From Candidatus Multivoradales bacterium (GTDB lineage: Bacteria; Acidobacteriota; Thermoanaerobaculia; Multivoradales; J023), in assembly GCA_965248925.1 (NCBI GenBank), contig CBDFLE010000006.1, positions 192,001-256,000 on the forward strand: DNA of 64,000 bases, read 5' to 3'. Positions 47,934-59,184 of this stretch are shown here, piece by piece. The notes beneath the pieces were generated by a model. It saw nothing but the letters and a program-made list of their open reading frames with translations. It ran no database searches and had not been told where the DNA came from. The position numbers were made by a program, and so were the translations under genes. Each line of letters starts with the position of its first letter. The stretch's first letter is position 1.

Positions 47934-48734
47934 TCAACCTCGCAACGGCGCACACAGCTCCCGCACCCGCGCTTCGAGCGTGGCCGGTAGATCACCTTCC
48001 CCGGCGTGCTCTTCTACCAGCCGCACTAGCTCGCTGCCGACCACCACGCCGTCGGCTACTTTGGCGATCGCCGCGACTTGCTCGGCGGTGGAGATACCGA
48101 AGCCGACCACCAGGGGATGGGGCAAGCGGCGGCGCAGGCGTTTGATCTCACGCAGGGTTTCGCGCGGTAGCTCGGTGGGCTCGCCGGTGACGCCGAGACG
48201 AGGAATGTAGTAAACGAATCCGGAGGAACTCTTGGCCACCGTCACCGCGCGCTTCTTGCCACTGGTGGGGGCCAGCAGGAAGATCGTATCGAGCCCTTTG
48301 GCGCGCAGTGCCGGTACGTACTCCCTCTGACCCTCCTCCGGCGGCAGGTCGACGCACAGCACTCCATCGACGCCGGACGATGCGGCCTGCTCGGCGAACA
48401 ACTCGATGCCGCGGGCGTGGATCGGATTGAAGTAGGTGAAAAGGACGATCGGCACTTCGAGCTGGCGGCGCTGGCGGGCGACCAACTCGAGAATGCCCGA
48501 CAAGTGAGTTCCCGAGTCTAGTGCCCGCACCGCCGCCCGCTGATTGACCGGGCCGTCGGCGATCGGATCGGAGAAGGGCACTCCTAGTTCGATCAAATCG
48601 GCGCCGCCGCGGGCCAGGGCGGCAATCAACTCGCCGGTGGTCTCAAGATCGGGATCGCCAGCGACCAGAAAGGGGATGAAGGCCGCCCGCTTCTCCGCTT
48701 TGCAGCGAGCGAAGGTCTCACTGATGGCACCCAT
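47934..48734 (-). CDS. trpA: Tryptophan synthase alpha subunit
   Basis: IELGVPFSDPIADGPV, VGFGIS. Confidence 0.97.
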   Translation of the reverse strand: MGAISETFARCKAEKRAAFIPFLVAGDPDLETTGELIAALARGGADLIELGVPFSDPIADGPVNQRAAVRALDSGTHLSGILELVARQRRQLEVPIVLFTYFNPIHARGIELFAEQAASSGVDGVLCVDLPPEEGQREYVPALRAKGLDTIFLLAPTSGKKRAVTVAKSSSGFVYYIPRLGVTGEPTELPRETLREIKRLRRRLPHPLVVGFGISTAEQVAAIAKVADGVVVGSELVRLVEEHAGEGDLPATLEARVRELCAPLRG

Positions 48735-48735
48735 C

Positions 48736-50067
48736 TCAGTCGTCCTCCCGCTGCGCCTGCTCGGCACGGTCTTGTTCGGAACGGTGCTTCTCGACCCCGT
48801 GCCAAGCCTGGCTGGCGGGATGCGCCATGACTTTGGTGGCGCCTTCGCGCCGTGGTTTCTCCGCCTCTGGCCGGGCGTCGTAGGCCAGCACCGATTCGAC
48901 ATCTTTGTCGCCGCGACCCGAGAGATTGACCAACAGGATCTTCTTCGGCGACAGCCGCCCCGCCACCCGCGCGGCATAGGCCAAGGCGTGCGCTGACTCG
49001 AGGGCCGGCAGAATGCCTTCGGTCTTGGCCAGTAGATGGAAGGCGGCGATGGCCTCGGCGTCGGTGGCGCTGTCGTAGCTCACCCTCCCTTCCTGGTGCA
49101 GCTGAACGTGCTCGGGTCCGACCGCCGGATAATCGAGGCCGGCTGAGATCGAGTGGGTACCGGCGACCTGCCCTTCCTCGTCTTGCAGCAACATCGTCCG
49201 AGTGCCATGCAACACTCCCAAGCTGCCGCCGGCAAAACGCGCCGCGTGCTCGCCCAGAGCCTCCCCCGACCCACCAGCTTCTACGCCGACCAGTTTGACC
49301 TTGCTGTCGGCCAAGAAAGCGGTGAACAAGCCAATCGCGTTGCTACCACCCCCGACACAGGCGATCGCGCCGGTGGGCGAGACCGTGCCAGCCTGGCGCT
49401 TGAGCTGACGGCGGGCTTCGTCGCCGATCACCCGATGAAAATCACGCACCATACGTGGGAAGGGGTCGGGACCCAGCACCGAGCCGAGTACGTAGTGGGT
49501 GTCGCCAACGTTCTTCACCCAGTCGCGCATCGCTTCGTTGATGGCGTCCTTGAGCGTCCGGCTCCCCGAGTCCACCGCCTCTACGGTGGCGCCGAGCAGC
49601 TGCATGCGATCAACGTTGAGGCGCTGGCGAACGGTGTCTTCGACCCCCATGTAGATCACGCACTCGAGCCCCAGAAGGGCCGCCGCGGTAGCGGTGGCCA
49701 CCCCATGTTGGCCGGCTCCGGTCTCGGCGATCACCCGCGTCTTGCCCATTTCGCGGGCAAGCAAGGTCTGGCCGATGGCATTATTCAGCTTGTGCGCGCC
49801 AGTGTGCAGCAGGTCTTCGCGCTTCAACCAAATCTGCGCGCCGCCAAGGTGATCCGTGAGCCGCTCGGCAAAGTACAACGGCGTCGGTCGGCCAGCGTAG
49901 TGCAACAAGAGCTGGCGCAACTGCTTCTTGAAGGCCCGCTTGCGACTCAGCCGGTCGTAGGCCCGAGCCAGCTCGGCAACCGGTACCATCAGCGTTTCAG
50001 CCACGAAACGGCCACCGTAGGCGCCGAAATACCCAGCGGCATCAGGCCGGCGATTTGCTCTCGCCAT
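48736..50067 (-). CDS. trpB: Tryptophan synthase beta subunit
   Basis: [27 protein letters not shown]. Confidence 0.98.
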   Translation of the reverse strand: MARANRRPDAAGYFGAYGGRFVAETLMVPVAELARAYDRLSRKRAFKKQLRQLLLHYAGRPTPLYFAERLTDHLGGAQIWLKREDLLHTGAHKLNNAIGQTLLAREMGKTRVIAETGAGQHGVATATAAALLGLECVIYMGVEDTVRQRLNVDRMQLLGATVEAVDSGSRTLKDAINEAMRDWVKNVGDTHYVLGSVLGPDPFPRMVRDFHRVIGDEARRQLKRQAGTVSPTGAIACVGGGSNAIGLFTAFLADSKVKLVGVEAGGSGEALGEHAARFAGGSLGVLHGTRTMLLQDEEGQVAGTHSISAGLDYPAVGPEHVQLHQEGRVSYDSATDAEAIAAFHLLAKTEGILPALESAHALAYAARVAGRLSPKKILLVNLSGRGDKDVESVLAYDARPEAEKPRREGATKVMAHPASQAWHGVEKHRSEQDRAEQAQREDD

Positions 50068-50695
50068 GTCGTATCTCCTCGAAGAGCCGGCGCAGCAGCT
50101 CAGGATCCTTCACTCCAGGAGCGGATTCCACTCCGGAAGCGACGTCGATTCCATAGGGGCGTGCGGCAGCGATCGCGGCCCGCACATTGTCAGGATTGAG
50201 ACCACCAGCGATCAGCACCCGCTTGCTGCCAGTGGCTGCGGCCACCGAAGCGAAGTTCCAAGTTTGGCCGCTGCCGCCATAGAGGGATGGATGGCGGCTG
50301 TCGACCACGAACCCCCAGACCTCGCGGTAGGGCTCGAACAGGGCGCCATCGAACTGCTCTTCGACCCGCAGCGCTTTGATTGCCCGGCGGCCGAAGGGGG
50401 CCAAATCCGCCGGTCCCTCGTCGCCATGAAATTGCAGTAGGTCGAGAGGGACCGCAGCGGCAATCCGCTTTACCTCGGCCACCCCAAGATTGACGAACAC
50501 GCCCACCAAGAGCGCCCGGCCCGCCACCGCTCGGGCGATACCTCGGGCTTGCTCCAGGTCGATCGAGCGGGGGCTTGGAGGGTGGAAGTTGAGACCCAAG
50601 AAGTCGGCGCCGAGATCGACCGCCAGCAGCGCTTCCTCGGGTCGGCGCAAACCGCAGATCTTAACCCGCAGTCGGTCGCGGCTCGGCCCGCTCAC
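50042..50695 (-). CDS. trpF: Phosphoribosylanthranilate isomerase
   Basis: [31 protein letters not shown] overlap with trpC. Confidence 0.95.
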   Translation of the reverse strand: MSGPSRDRLRVKICGLRRPEEALLAVDLGADFLGLNFHPPSPRSIDLEQARGIARAVAGRALLVGVFVNLGVAEVKRIAAAVPLDLLQFHGDEGPADLAPFGRRAIKALRVEEQFDGALFEPYREVWGFVVDSRHPSLYGGSGQTWNFASVAAATGSKRVLIAGGLNPDNVRAAIAAARPYGIDVASGVESAPGVKDPELLRRLFEEIRHGESKSPA

Positions 50696-51489
50696 TCGCC
50701 GATCAGCTCGCGCAACTTGGCCCCTGGATCCGGCGCCTTGAGCAGAGCCTCGCCGATCAAGAAGGCGTCGAAACCGACCCGACGCAGCATGTCCAATTCG
50801 CCGATGCCGTGGATACCGCTCTCGGCCACTTTCAAGGCACTGGTCGGGAGGCTCGATTGCAGGGCCATCGAGTGACCGATCTCGACTTTGAAGGTGCGCA
50901 AATCGCGGTTGTTGACCCCGACCAACTCCCACAATTGACCGTCGAGTTTGATCAGATCCGACAAACCGTGAGTTTCGATCAGCGGCACCAAACCATAAGC
51001 TCGAGCCAGCTCGGCATAGCTCTTCAGCTCTTGGCCACTGAAAAGCGCCGCCACCAGGAGAACGGCGGTGGCGCCAGCACGCTTGGCCCAATGCAGCTGG
51101 ATCGGATCGACGATGAAATCCTTGGCGATCGCCGGTAGTCCCGAGACCTCGTGGCAGGCCGCCAACAGTTCGTAGCTGCCGTGGAAGAAATCGGGTTCGA
51201 CCACCACCGACAACGCGGCAGCGCCATTCTTGGCATAAGTACGCGCCATCTCTAGCGGCTCGAACTGATCGACCAGCGAACCCAGGGAGGGAGAGCCCAT
51301 CTTGATTTCGGCGATCACCGCCCGGCCGCGTCGTTCGCGCAGCGCCGCCAGGAAGGCGTTGTTGGCATCGCTGAGCAGCTGGCTGCCGTCGCCAGTGGGC
51401 TGGCGTAGGCGCTCGACGGCACGCATCTTTTCTACCCGGCGACGCCGTTGGTCGGTGATCTGGATCAGAATGTCGGCGACCTGACTCAA
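50692..51489 (-). CDS. trpC: Indole-3-glycerol phosphate synthase
   Basis: IAEIKMGSPS, KDFIVDPIQ, GVNNRDL, ESGI. Confidence 0.95.
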   Translation of the reverse strand: MSQVADILIQITDQRRRRVEKMRAVERLRQPTGDGSQLLSDANNAFLAALRERRGRAVIAEIKMGSPSLGSLVDQFEPLEMARTYAKNGAAALSVVVEPDFFHGSYELLAACHEVSGLPAIAKDFIVDPIQLHWAKRAGATAVLLVAALFSGQELKSYAELARAYGLVPLIETHGLSDLIKLDGQLWELVGVNNRDLRTFKVEIGHSMALQSSLPTSALKVAESGIHGIGELDMLRRVGFDAFLIGEALLKAPDPGAKLRELIGE

Positions 51490-51543
51490 ACTGCTCTCCT
51501 TCCCGCCGAGAATTCGGTTGCCCCTGAGGATACCGGAAGCCTC

Positions 51544-52557
51544 TCAAACTGCGAAACCCCGTAAGGCGTCGAGCTTTGCCGATGCCGCGCCACTCTTGAG
51601 GGCGTGCCGAGCAGCAACCAGGCCGGCGTCAAGGTCGGCGGCCACCCCGGCCACCCACAGTGCCGCGCCGGCATTGAGCGCGGTGATATCGGCCAAAGGA
51701 CCCTTCTCACCGGCAAAGATGCGTCGCAGCAAGGCAGCGTTGTCCGTGGCGCTGCCTCCAAGTAGGTCTTGCGGGCGCGCCAACTCGATGCCCAACTCGG
51801 TGGGGTCCAGGTCCCAGACTTGGACTCCTCCGTCGCGCACTTCGGCCACTCGGGTGGGGCCGGTGATGGTGATCTCGTCGAGACCATCGCTGCCGTGCAC
51901 CACCAATGCATGCTCACTGCCCAGCGCAGCCAGCACCTGGCCCACTTTGTCCACCAGGCTGGCGGAATAGACTCCCAGCAGCTGCCGCCTAGCGCCCGCT
52001 GGATTAGTCAGCGGACCGAGCACATTGAAGATCGTACGCAAGCCCAGGGCTTGGCGCACCGGCATCACCTCTTTCATCGCCGGGTGCAGCCTAGGGGCGA
52101 AGAGGAAGGCGATGCCGATTTCGTCGAGGGCGCGGCCGGCGGTCTCGGGTACGGTCTCGATCGACACCCCTAGCGCCGCCAACACATCGGCCGAGCCCGA
52201 CTTGCTCGACACCGAACGATTGCCATGCTTGGCCACCGGCGCGCCAGCCGCCGCTGCCACCAGAGCGGCGGCGGTGGAGATGTTGAAGGTGCCCTTGCCG
52301 TCGCCACCGGTGCCACAGGTGTCGACCGCCTCGGGGCGGTGATGGGAAATGGCGATCACCCGACGGCGCATGGCGGTGGCGGCGCCAGCAATCTCGGCCG
52401 CGGTTTCACCTTTCATCCGCAGGGCGACCAGTAGAGCCGTCTTGTGGACTTCGGACAATTCGCCATCCATCAATCGGCCAAAGAGGGTCTCGACCTGATC
52501 GCTGGTCAGATCCTGGCCGTCGATCAAGCGTTCGAGGGCGGTGTGGGTGTCTATCAT
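51544..52557 (-). CDS. trpD: Anthranilate phosphoribosyltransferase
   Basis: DTCGTGGDG, NISTA, KHGNRSVSSKSGSAD. Confidence 0.97.
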   Translation of the reverse strand: MIDTHTALERLIDGQDLTSDQVETLFGRLMDGELSEVHKTALLVALRMKGETAAEIAGAATAMRRRVIAISHHRPEAVDTCGTGGDGKGTFNISTAAALVAAAAGAPVAKHGNRSVSSKSGSADVLAALGVSIETVPETAGRALDEIGIAFLFAPRLHPAMKEVMPVRQALGLRTIFNVLGPLTNPAGARRQLLGVYSASLVDKVGQVLAALGSEHALVVHGSDGLDEITITGPTRVAEVRDGGVQVWDLDPTELGIELARPQDLLGGSATDNAALLRRIFAGEKGPLADITALNAGAALWVAGVAADLDAGLVAARHALKSGAASAKLDALRGFAV

Positions 52558-53165
52558 CGGCAACCCTCTTTCGTAGGGGCGCGCGGCTGTGCGCCCTCTT
52601 CCCCACAGAGGTCCAGGAAGTTCCGCAGCAAAGTCGGTCCGTCCGGAGTCAGCACGGATTCGGGATGGAATTGCACCCCCCAATAGGGCAGCTGGCGGTG
52701 GCGCAGGGCCATCAAGGTCTCGTCTTCGCTCCACGCGATAGCCGCCAGCTCCTCAGGAACAGTGCGCGGATTGACCGTCAGGCTGTGGTAGCGGGTCGCC
52801 TGGAAAGGATTGGGCAAGCCAACAAACAGCGGGTCTTCGTCGAAGCGTATTCGCGAAGTCTTGCCATGCATCAGCTCAGCGGCGCCTTCGACCCGCGCGC
52901 CGCAGGAAGTGCCCAGGCATTGATGCCCCAAACAAACCCCGAGTACGGGCAACTCAGGTCGGGCGGCCAGCAAGTCGACACACACCCCAGCGTTCTCCGG
53001 CCGGCCGGGGCCAGGTGAGAGCACCACCCCGCGATCCTGGCGCGCCAGGATCTGCGCCACATCCAGAGCATCGTTGCGCACCACCTCGACCTCGGCACCC
53101 GCTTCGCCGAGCAGCTGCACCAGGTTGTAGGTGAAGGAGTCGTAGTTGTCGATCAGCAGAATCAT
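52554..53165 (-). CDS. trpG: Anthranilate synthase component II (glutamine amidotransferase)
   Basis: IDNYDSFTYN, GVCLGHQ, QFHPES. Confidence 0.95.
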   Translation of the reverse strand: MILLIDNYDSFTYNLVQLLGEAGAEVEVVRNDALDVAQILARQDRGVVLSPGPGRPENAGVCVDLLAARPELPVLGVCLGHQCLGTSCGARVEGAAELMHGKTSRIRFDEDPLFVGLPNPFQATRYHSLTVNPRTVPEELAAIAWSEDETLMALRHRQLPYWGVQFHPESVLTPDGPTLLRNFLDLCGEEGAQPRAPTKEGCR

Positions 53166-54625
53166 TCGACTTGCTCCAGCTGGCGCGCCAGCTCTACCGC
53201 GGCGAGCAGGGCCGCTGCCTTGTCCTCGGTCTCACGCTGCTCCAGGCGCGGATCACTGTCGGCGACGATGCCAGCGCCGGCGGTGACCGAGGTTTCGCCA
53301 TCCTTGAACACCAACGTGCGGATGGTGAGGCAGGTGTCGACGTCGCCCGAGAACGACATGTAGCCCACCGCCCCAGCGTAGGGACCCCGGGCCTCGGGCT
53401 CGAGTTGATCGATGATCTGCATGGCGCGAATTTTCGGGGCTCCCGACACCGTACCGGCGGGAAAAGTGGCCAGCAAGGCGTCCAGCGGCGAATGGTCCTT
53501 GGCGAGATCGGCAACCACACTGGAAACGATGTGCATGACGTGGCTGTAACGCTCGATCTCCATGAAGCTGGCCACCTCGACACTGCCGATGGCGGCGACC
53601 CGGCCCAAATCATTGCGGCCCAGATCGACCAGCATGACGTGCTCAGCACGCTCCTTGGGGTCGGCTAGCAGCTCTTCGGCCAACTGCCGATCGGCCGCCG
53701 CGTCGGCACCGCGCGGGCGAGTGCCGGCGATCGGCCGGTTTTCTATTCTGCTGCCAATCTTGCGCACCAGCATCTCTGGCGAAGCACCCACCAGAGTGGC
53801 CTCGGGCAATTCCAACATCACCATATAGGGACTCGGGTTGACCACCCGCAAGGCACGGTAGAGAGCCAGCGCTGGAGGTGAATTCTCCACCGTGAAACGC
53901 CGCGCTAGCACGACCTGGAAGATATCGCCAGCGGTGATGTAGCGCTTCGCCCGGCGCACCGCGGCACGGTAGGACTCGCCGTCGAGGCTGACCCGCGATG
54001 GCAGCAGGTCGGCAGTCTCGCGCTGGCGACAGTCACTAGCCGGCATGGTCACCGCGCGGGTGCTGGCTTCGGCGGTCAGCAGCTGCTCGACCCGGCCCAA
54101 ACGACGCTTGGCGGCACTAGCGCTGACCTCGCCTTCAATCTCGTTGGCCATCACCACCACCCGCTGCCGCGCATGGTCAACGGCCACCACCGTATCGAAA
54201 CGACCCAGCTCGACAATCGGCAGGCCGAAGGGATCCGGCGGCCGCTCGCCCAAGCGCTCGACCAAACGGATAGTGTCGTAGCCGAAGAAACCCACCCAGC
54301 CACCGGTGAAGGGGATCGCGCCGCGCGCCGCCCGCACCCGGCCGAGAATCTCCGCTAGCGCCTCCAGCGGCGGCCCTTCGAAGATCTCCCGCCGCTGCCG
54401 ATAGCGCTCCACCACCACCCGGTTCTCGTACACTCGACAGATCTCCATCGGACCAGCGCCGAGAAAACTAAAGCGCGACACCTGATCGCCCCCGCTCACA
54501 CTCTCGAACAAGAAGCGCACCTTGGAGATGCTCTCGAGCCGGCGGTAGACCGCCAACGGCGTCAAGCTGTCAGCCAGTAGCTCGCGAGCATGGACGGTTG
54601 CCTGGCGTGGCGGCCCCGAGTTCAT
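53162..54625 (-). CDS. trpE: Anthranilate synthase component I
   Basis: LFES, GDIFQVV, EHVMLVDLGRND, GTVSGAPK. Confidence 0.96.
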   Translation of the reverse strand: MNSGPPRQATVHARELLADSLTPLAVYRRLESISKVRFLFESVSGGDQVSRFSFLGAGPMEICRVYENRVVVERYRQRREIFEGPPLEALAEILGRVRAARGAIPFTGGWVGFFGYDTIRLVERLGERPPDPFGLPIVELGRFDTVVAVDHARQRVVVMANEIEGEVSASAAKRRLGRVEQLLTAEASTRAVTMPASDCRQRETADLLPSRVSLDGESYRAAVRRAKRYITAGDIFQVVLARRFTVENSPPALALYRALRVVNPSPYMVMLELPEATLVGASPEMLVRKIGSRIENRPIAGTRPRGADAAADRQLAEELLADPKERAEHVMLVDLGRNDLGRVAAIGSVEVASFMEIERYSHVMHIVSSVVADLAKDHSPLDALLATFPAGTVSGAPKIRAMQIIDQLEPEARGPYAGAVGYMSFSGDVDTCLTIRTLVFKDGETSVTAGAGIVADSDPRLEQRETEDKAAALLAAVELARQLEQVE

Positions 54626-55263
54626 TTCGCCACCTCTTCAGGCTGCGGCCCTGACCCTTGATGCCGAGCCCGTAACTTGGCCGCCACCCGTTGCGGATCA
54701 ACCTCCCGCGCGGCCAGTAAGACCAACAAGTGATAAAGCAGGTCGGCAGCCTCATCAGCCAGTTGATCCCCATCTTGGGCCAGCGCCGCGATCACCGTCT
54801 CGGTGGCTTCCTCACCCACCTTCTGTGCCACCCGTTCGATGCCCTGCGCCAGCAACCGTGCGGTGTAGCTTTGCTCAGCATCGGCACCACGGCGCTCGGC
54901 GATCACCCGTGCCAACCAGCCGAGTTCGAGCGTTGCCGGATTGGGCTCGAAACAACTGCGGGTGCCGCGATGGCAGGTCGGACCCGCGGGCCGCGCCCGC
55001 AGCAGCAGAGTGTCGTGATCGCAGTCGGCGCACACCTCGACCACTTCGAGAGTGTTGCCCGAGGTCTCCCCCTTCTGCCACAGGCACTGCCGCGAGCGGC
55101 TCCAGAACCAGGCCCGGCCGGTCGCCAGGGTACGCTCGACCGCTTCCTGGTCGGCCCAGGCCAGCATCAGCACAGCGCCGCTGGTCTCGTCTTGCACCAC
55201 GACTGGCAACAGCCCTCTTGAGTCGTAAGTCAGGGCTGAGGCATCGATCTGATTCGTCTTCAC
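54622..55263 (-). CDS. hisIE: Bifunctional PR-AMP cyclohydrolase / PR-ATP pyrophosphatase
   Basis: [31 protein letters not shown]. Confidence 0.96.
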   Translation of the reverse strand: MKTNQIDASALTYDSRGLLPVVVQDETSGAVLMLAWADQEAVERTLATGRAWFWSRSRQCLWQKGETSGNTLEVVEVCADCDHDTLLLRARPAGPTCHRGTRSCFEPNPATLELGWLARVIAERRGADAEQSYTARLLAQGIERVAQKVGEEATETVIAALAQDGDQLADEAADLLYHLLVLLAAREVDPQRVAAKLRARHQGSGPQPEEVAK

Positions 55264-56081
55264 GGGCTCACCTCTCGCACCGGAAATCCTTCGTCTCGCA
55301 GATGCCGTTTGACATCGCCAACGCTGTATTGATGCTGATGAAAAATCGACGCCGCCAGCACCGCCGCAGCACCGGCGCCGAGAGCAGCCGCCAGATGGGC
55401 CGGCCGGCCGGCGCCCCCCGAAGCGATCACCGGCACCGCCGTGCGACTGGAGATGGCGGCGAGCAGTTCGAGGTCGTAACCGTCCTGGGTGCCATCGCTG
55501 TCGATCGAGGTCAGCAAGATCTCACCCGCGCCTCGTTCGACCCCTGCGAGGGCCCAGGCGACGGCGTCGAGATCGCGGGCCTGGCGGCCACCGTGGGTGA
55601 CCACTTGCCAGCGCGGAGAACTGGCTGCGGCGGACTCGGCGGGCAAACGCCGGGCATCTACCGACAGCACCACGCATTGGGCACCGAAGCGCCGCGCCAG
55701 CTGGTCGAGCAACTCCGGCTGGTCGAGGGCAGCGGTGTTGATCGCCACCTTGTCGGCGCCGGCCCGCAGCAAGCGTTCAGCATCCGCGACCTGGCGCACG
55801 CCGCCGCCCACCGTCAGCGGTACGAACACTTGCTCGGCGGTACGAGCCACCCATTCGAGATCTGTATCGCGGCGTTCCGGCGCCGCGGTGATGTCGAGAA
55901 AGACAATCTCGTCGGCGCCTTGGCCGGCATAGCGCGCAGCCGCCTCGGCCGGATCGCCCTGGTCGACCAAATTCTGAAACCGCACCCCCTTGACCACCCG
56001 TCCGGCGCGGACATCGAGGCAGGGAATCACCCGAAAAGTGAGCCCGCTGCCGGCGATGCCCCGCGAGTCCAGGGCGCGCAT
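55260..56081 (-). CDS. hisF: IGP synthase cyclase subunit
   Basis: [26 protein letters not shown]. Confidence 0.97.
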   Translation of the reverse strand: MRALDSRGIAGSGLTFRVIPCLDVRAGRVVKGVRFQNLVDQGDPAEAAARYAGQGADEIVFLDITAAPERRDTDLEWVARTAEQVFVPLTVGGGVRQVADAERLLRAGADKVAINTAALDQPELLDQLARRFGAQCVVLSVDARRLPAESAAASSPRWQVVTHGGRQARDLDAVAWALAGVERGAGEILLTSIDSDGTQDGYDLELLAAISSRTAVPVIASGGAGRPAHLAAALGAGAAAVLAASIFHQHQYSVGDVKRHLRDEGFPVREVSP

Positions 56082-56809
56082 CAGGCGTCCTCCGCCGCCG
56101 TCGCGGCGGCCATGGCCTCTGCCAATGAGAAAAGGCCTTCGTAGAGCGCCTTGCCGACAATCGCCCCGGTCACTCCGGCAGTGGTCGCCGCGGCCCGTAA
56201 ATCATCCAGGCTGGCGATGCCGCCGGACACCAGAGCCGGCAAGCCAGTGAGTTCGGCGACCCGGGTGGTAAGGGGCAGATTGGGACCTTCCAGCATGCCG
56301 TCGCAGTCGATATCGGTCACCAAGACCGCTGGGCAGGGCAGCCCCTGCAAGCGCTGGCAGAGTTCCTCCAGACTAACTCCAGCGGCCTCGCGCCAACCGG
56401 CCACACGGGGCTCGCCAGCGGCGGTCTCCACCGCTGGCACCAGCTGACCGGGATGGGCCGTGGCCAGCTGGCGAAAGAGGTCGAAATCGCGGGCCACCAT
56501 CGAACCCAGCACCACCCGTTCACAACCCGCCGCCAGGGCTCGTTCGACCGCCGGCTGATCCTTCAAACCGCCACCGAGTTCGATCCGTGGCTGGCCGCGG
56601 GAAACCAGCTCCTCGATCAACGCGAGCTGCTGCCGCTCACCGAAAGCGGCATCGAGGTCGATCACGTGCACCAGCTCGACACCTTCAGCGGCGTACTCGG
56701 ACAGCACCCACGAGGGATCGAGGCCATAGAGGGTCGTGTGGCGGTCATCACCATGCTCCAGACGCACCACCTGGCCGTGGCGCAGGTCGATTGCCGGAAT
56801 CAGCTGCAC
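56081..56809 (-). CDS. hisA: ProFAR isomerase
   Basis: IPAIDL, VVRL, TDI..DGML, SGG, GKALY. Confidence 0.93.
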   Translation of the reverse strand: MQLIPAIDLRHGQVVRLEHGDDRHTTLYGLDPSWVLSEYAAEGVELVHVIDLDAAFGERQQLALIEELVSRGQPRIELGGGLKDQPAVERALAAGCERVVLGSMVARDFDLFRQLATAHPGQLVPAVETAAGEPRVAGWREAAGVSLEELCQRLQGLPCPAVLVTDIDCDGMLEGPNLPLTTRVAELTGLPALVSGGIASLDDLRAAATTAGVTGAIVGKALYEGLFSLAEAMAAATAAEDA

Positions 56810-57453
56810 CGAGCCTCCTCCCCAGGGTTGGCCAATTCTAAGAAGTTGGCCAACAGCCGCAGGCCCACCGCGCCGCTTTTCTCAGGATGAAACTGGGTGC
56901 CCAGCACTCGGCCACGAGCGGCAATGGCGGCGAAAGCGCTGCCGTGCTCGGTGCGCGCCAAGCAAAGCTCAGCGGGTACTTCGAAGGCCGCGAAACTGTG
57001 GACGAAGTAGACGTAGCTTCCTTCCTCCAGGCCGGCCATCAGTGGATGATCGGCAATCCCCAGCAAGCGATTCCAACCAATATGTGGCAGCGGCACGCCA
57101 GCCGGTAGCTGGCGCACCGTGCCGGGCAGCAAATCGAGGCCATCGGTGCGGCCGAATTCCTCGCCGGCGGTAAACAGCAGTTGATAGCCAACGCAGATGC
57201 CGAGCAGCCAGGCGCCCGCGGCAACCGCCTCCCGCAACGCCAGTTCGAGAGGGCCGCGCAGCGCCTCGCGGGGCGGCTTGAAGGCACCAACTCCGGGCAG
57301 GATCAAGCAGCGGGCAGCGCCGACGACCGCCGGCTCGGCTGAGATCCGCGGATCACTGCCGAGGTGCCGCAGCGCTCGCGCCACATTGCCCAGGTTGCCA
57401 ACCCCGGCATCGATCACCACCACTTGCGGGCGGTCTGTTGCCGACCGGTTCAT
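56800..57453 (-). CDS. hisH: IGP synthase glutamine amidotransferase
   Basis: LPGVGAF, GICVGYQ, PHIGWN, QFHPEKS. Confidence 0.96.
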   Translation of the reverse strand: MNRSATDRPQVVVIDAGVGNLGNVARALRHLGSDPRISAEPAVVGAARCLILPGVGAFKPPREALRGPLELALREAVAAGAWLLGICVGYQLLFTAGEEFGRTDGLDLLPGTVRQLPAGVPLPHIGWNRLLGIADHPLMAGLEEGSYVYFVHSFAAFEVPAELCLARTEHGSAFAAIAARGRVLGTQFHPEKSGAVGLRLLANFLELANPGEEARCS

Positions 57454-58091
57454 TCGCTCAGCGTCCCCTTGGTCGAAGGGACCTCAGCGGCCGTCACTTC
57501 CCCGCCAGCGGTGTTCACCCTCAAGGCCACCGCCTGGCGCAAGGCCAGGGCCACTGCCTTGAACGCCGCCTCAGCGGCATGGTGCGCATTGCGCGCGGTC
57601 AGCACATCGAGATGCAGGGTAAAGCGCCCACGGTCGGCGAAAGCGTGAAAGAAATCGGCGATCAGGGTGAGTGGAAATTCGCCGGTCACCCAGCTATGTT
57701 CGATCTCCGCCGGCACCTGATAGGCGAAAAAACCACGGCCGGAAAGATCCACCACCGCCCGTGCCAAAGCCTCGTCGAGGGGGGCGTAGGCATGGGCAAA
57801 ACGCACCACGCCCCGGCGCTCGCCGAGGGCTTGACGCAGAGCATCTCCGAGAGCGATACCCACATCCTCGACGGTGTGGTGCAGATCGACGTGGACATCC
57901 CCCGCGGCAGAAATATCCAACCCCAACCCACCGTGAGTGGCCAGAGCGTCGAGCATGTGGCCGAAAAAGCCGTTGGGCACTTGCAGCGACTTCTGTTCAG
58001 GGTGGTCGAGATCGAGGGTCAGTTGCACCGAAGTCTCGCCGGTGCGGCGATCGACCGAGGCACGGCGCGGATCGGCTGCTGCGTTGCTCAT
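57450..58091 (-). CDS. hisB: Imidazoleglycerol-phosphate dehydratase
   Basis: RRTGET, HHTVED, NAHHAAE, PSTKG. Confidence 0.96.
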   Translation of the reverse strand: MSNAAADPRRASVDRRTGETSVQLTLDLDHPEQKSLQVPNGFFGHMLDALATHGGLGLDISAAGDVHVDLHHTVEDVGIALGDALRQALGERRGVVRFAHAYAPLDEALARAVVDLSGRGFFAYQVPAEIEHSWVTGEFPLTLIADFFHAFADRGRFTLHLDVLTARNAHHAAEAAFKAVALALRQAVALRVNTAGGEVTAAEVPSTKGTLSE

Positions 58092-59182
58092 GACGGATCC
58101 TCCGAAGTCGCGGCAAGAATCTCCACCAGCGCAGCACGGGTATCGCGCAACGCCCGGCCATGGCCGACCGAGATTCGCCAGCAGTCACTCAAGCCCGGAT
58201 AGCCGCTGACATCGCGCACCCGAATGCCGCGACCTTCCAAGCCGGCGAGGGTCGCGGCCGCGCGCCGATCGCGGACCAACAAGAAATTAGCCTGGGACGG
58301 GAACACCTCCAGCCCCTGCTCGCTGAGCATTTCCACCCACTGCCGACGCCGGCCGAGGATCACCCGCACTCGCCGCTCGACAGCATCCTTGGCGGCTAGC
58401 GCTACCTCACCGGCCAAAGCGCTCGCTCGACCGACGTTGTAGGGCAGCTTGACCTTGATCAGCTCACTGACCAGGCGCGGATCCGCCAGCAGGTAGCCCA
58501 ACCGCTGCCCGCCCAAGGACCAGGCCTTGGAAAAAGTGCGAAAGATCACCAGGTGGGGATAGAGATCGAGCAGCGGGCGATAGTCGTGACGACAAAATTC
58601 AGCGTAGGCATTGTCGAGCAGTAGCGGCGCTTCCAACCGCTCGAGCAATGCCGCGATCCGGGCCGGCTCGGCGGCGTCGCCAGTCGGATTGTTGGGGCTG
58701 CACAAGATCACCGGCCGGCGAGGGTCGCGCTCGATCTCGGCCGCCAGCTCAGCCAGCGGCAGCCGCAGATCGGCCGCTGGGCCGACGAAGCGCGGCGTGG
58801 CGGCGGCGCGCAGCACGAACATGCGGTAGAGACTGAAGCTGGGCAGCGTCGCCAACACCTCTCCACCGGGCCTGGCCAGCGCCTCCAGCGCCACCCCGAG
58901 CAGCTCGTTCGAACCGTTGCCAACCAAGATACCGGCCGCCGGCCAATCGTTGTGGCGACCGAGAGCAACGCGCAGATCGTCGGCATGAAAATCCGGATAG
59001 TCGGCCCAGGCGGTGGCCAACCAACGCGCCGCGATCCGCCGTTTGATCCGCCCCGGCAGCTCCCAGGGCACTTCGTTCTGGTCCAGCTTGTGACGGCAGG
59101 GGGACAGATCGAGGTGGTATTCCTTCAGCTGGCGCAGTTCGTCGCGCACCAAGATAGCCGGGTCGAGTCGCGCACTGGCCAC
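58088..59182 (-). CDS. hisC: Histidinol-phosphate aminotransferase
   Basis: KLDQNE, GNGSNE, PNNPTG, RTFSK. Confidence 0.95.
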   Translation of the reverse strand: MASARLDPAILVRDELRQLKEYHLDLSPCRHKLDQNEVPWELPGRIKRRIAARWLATAWADYPDFHADDLRVALGRHNDWPAAGILVGNGSNELLGVALEALARPGGEVLATLPSFSLYRMFVLRAAATPRFVGPAADLRLPLAELAAEIERDPRRPVILCSPNNPTGDAAEPARIAALLERLEAPLLLDNAYAEFCRHDYRPLLDLYPHLVIFRTFSKAWSLGGQRLGYLLADPRLVSELIKVKLPYNVGRASALAGEVALAAKDAVERRVRVILGRRRQWVEMLSEQGLEVFPSQANFLLVRDRRAAATLAGLEGRGIRVRDVSGYPGLSDCWRISVGHGRALRDTRAALVEILAATSEDPS

Positions 59183-59184
59183 CC

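Noticed and set aside
48736-48870. TrpB C-terminal extension as an extra domain
   Set aside because: Low-complexity charged tail with a short internal repeat, most likely stop-codon drift.
56081-56809. HisA as a bifunctional PriA
   Set aside because: A dedicated trpF is present and no PriA-specific features could be confirmed by eye.
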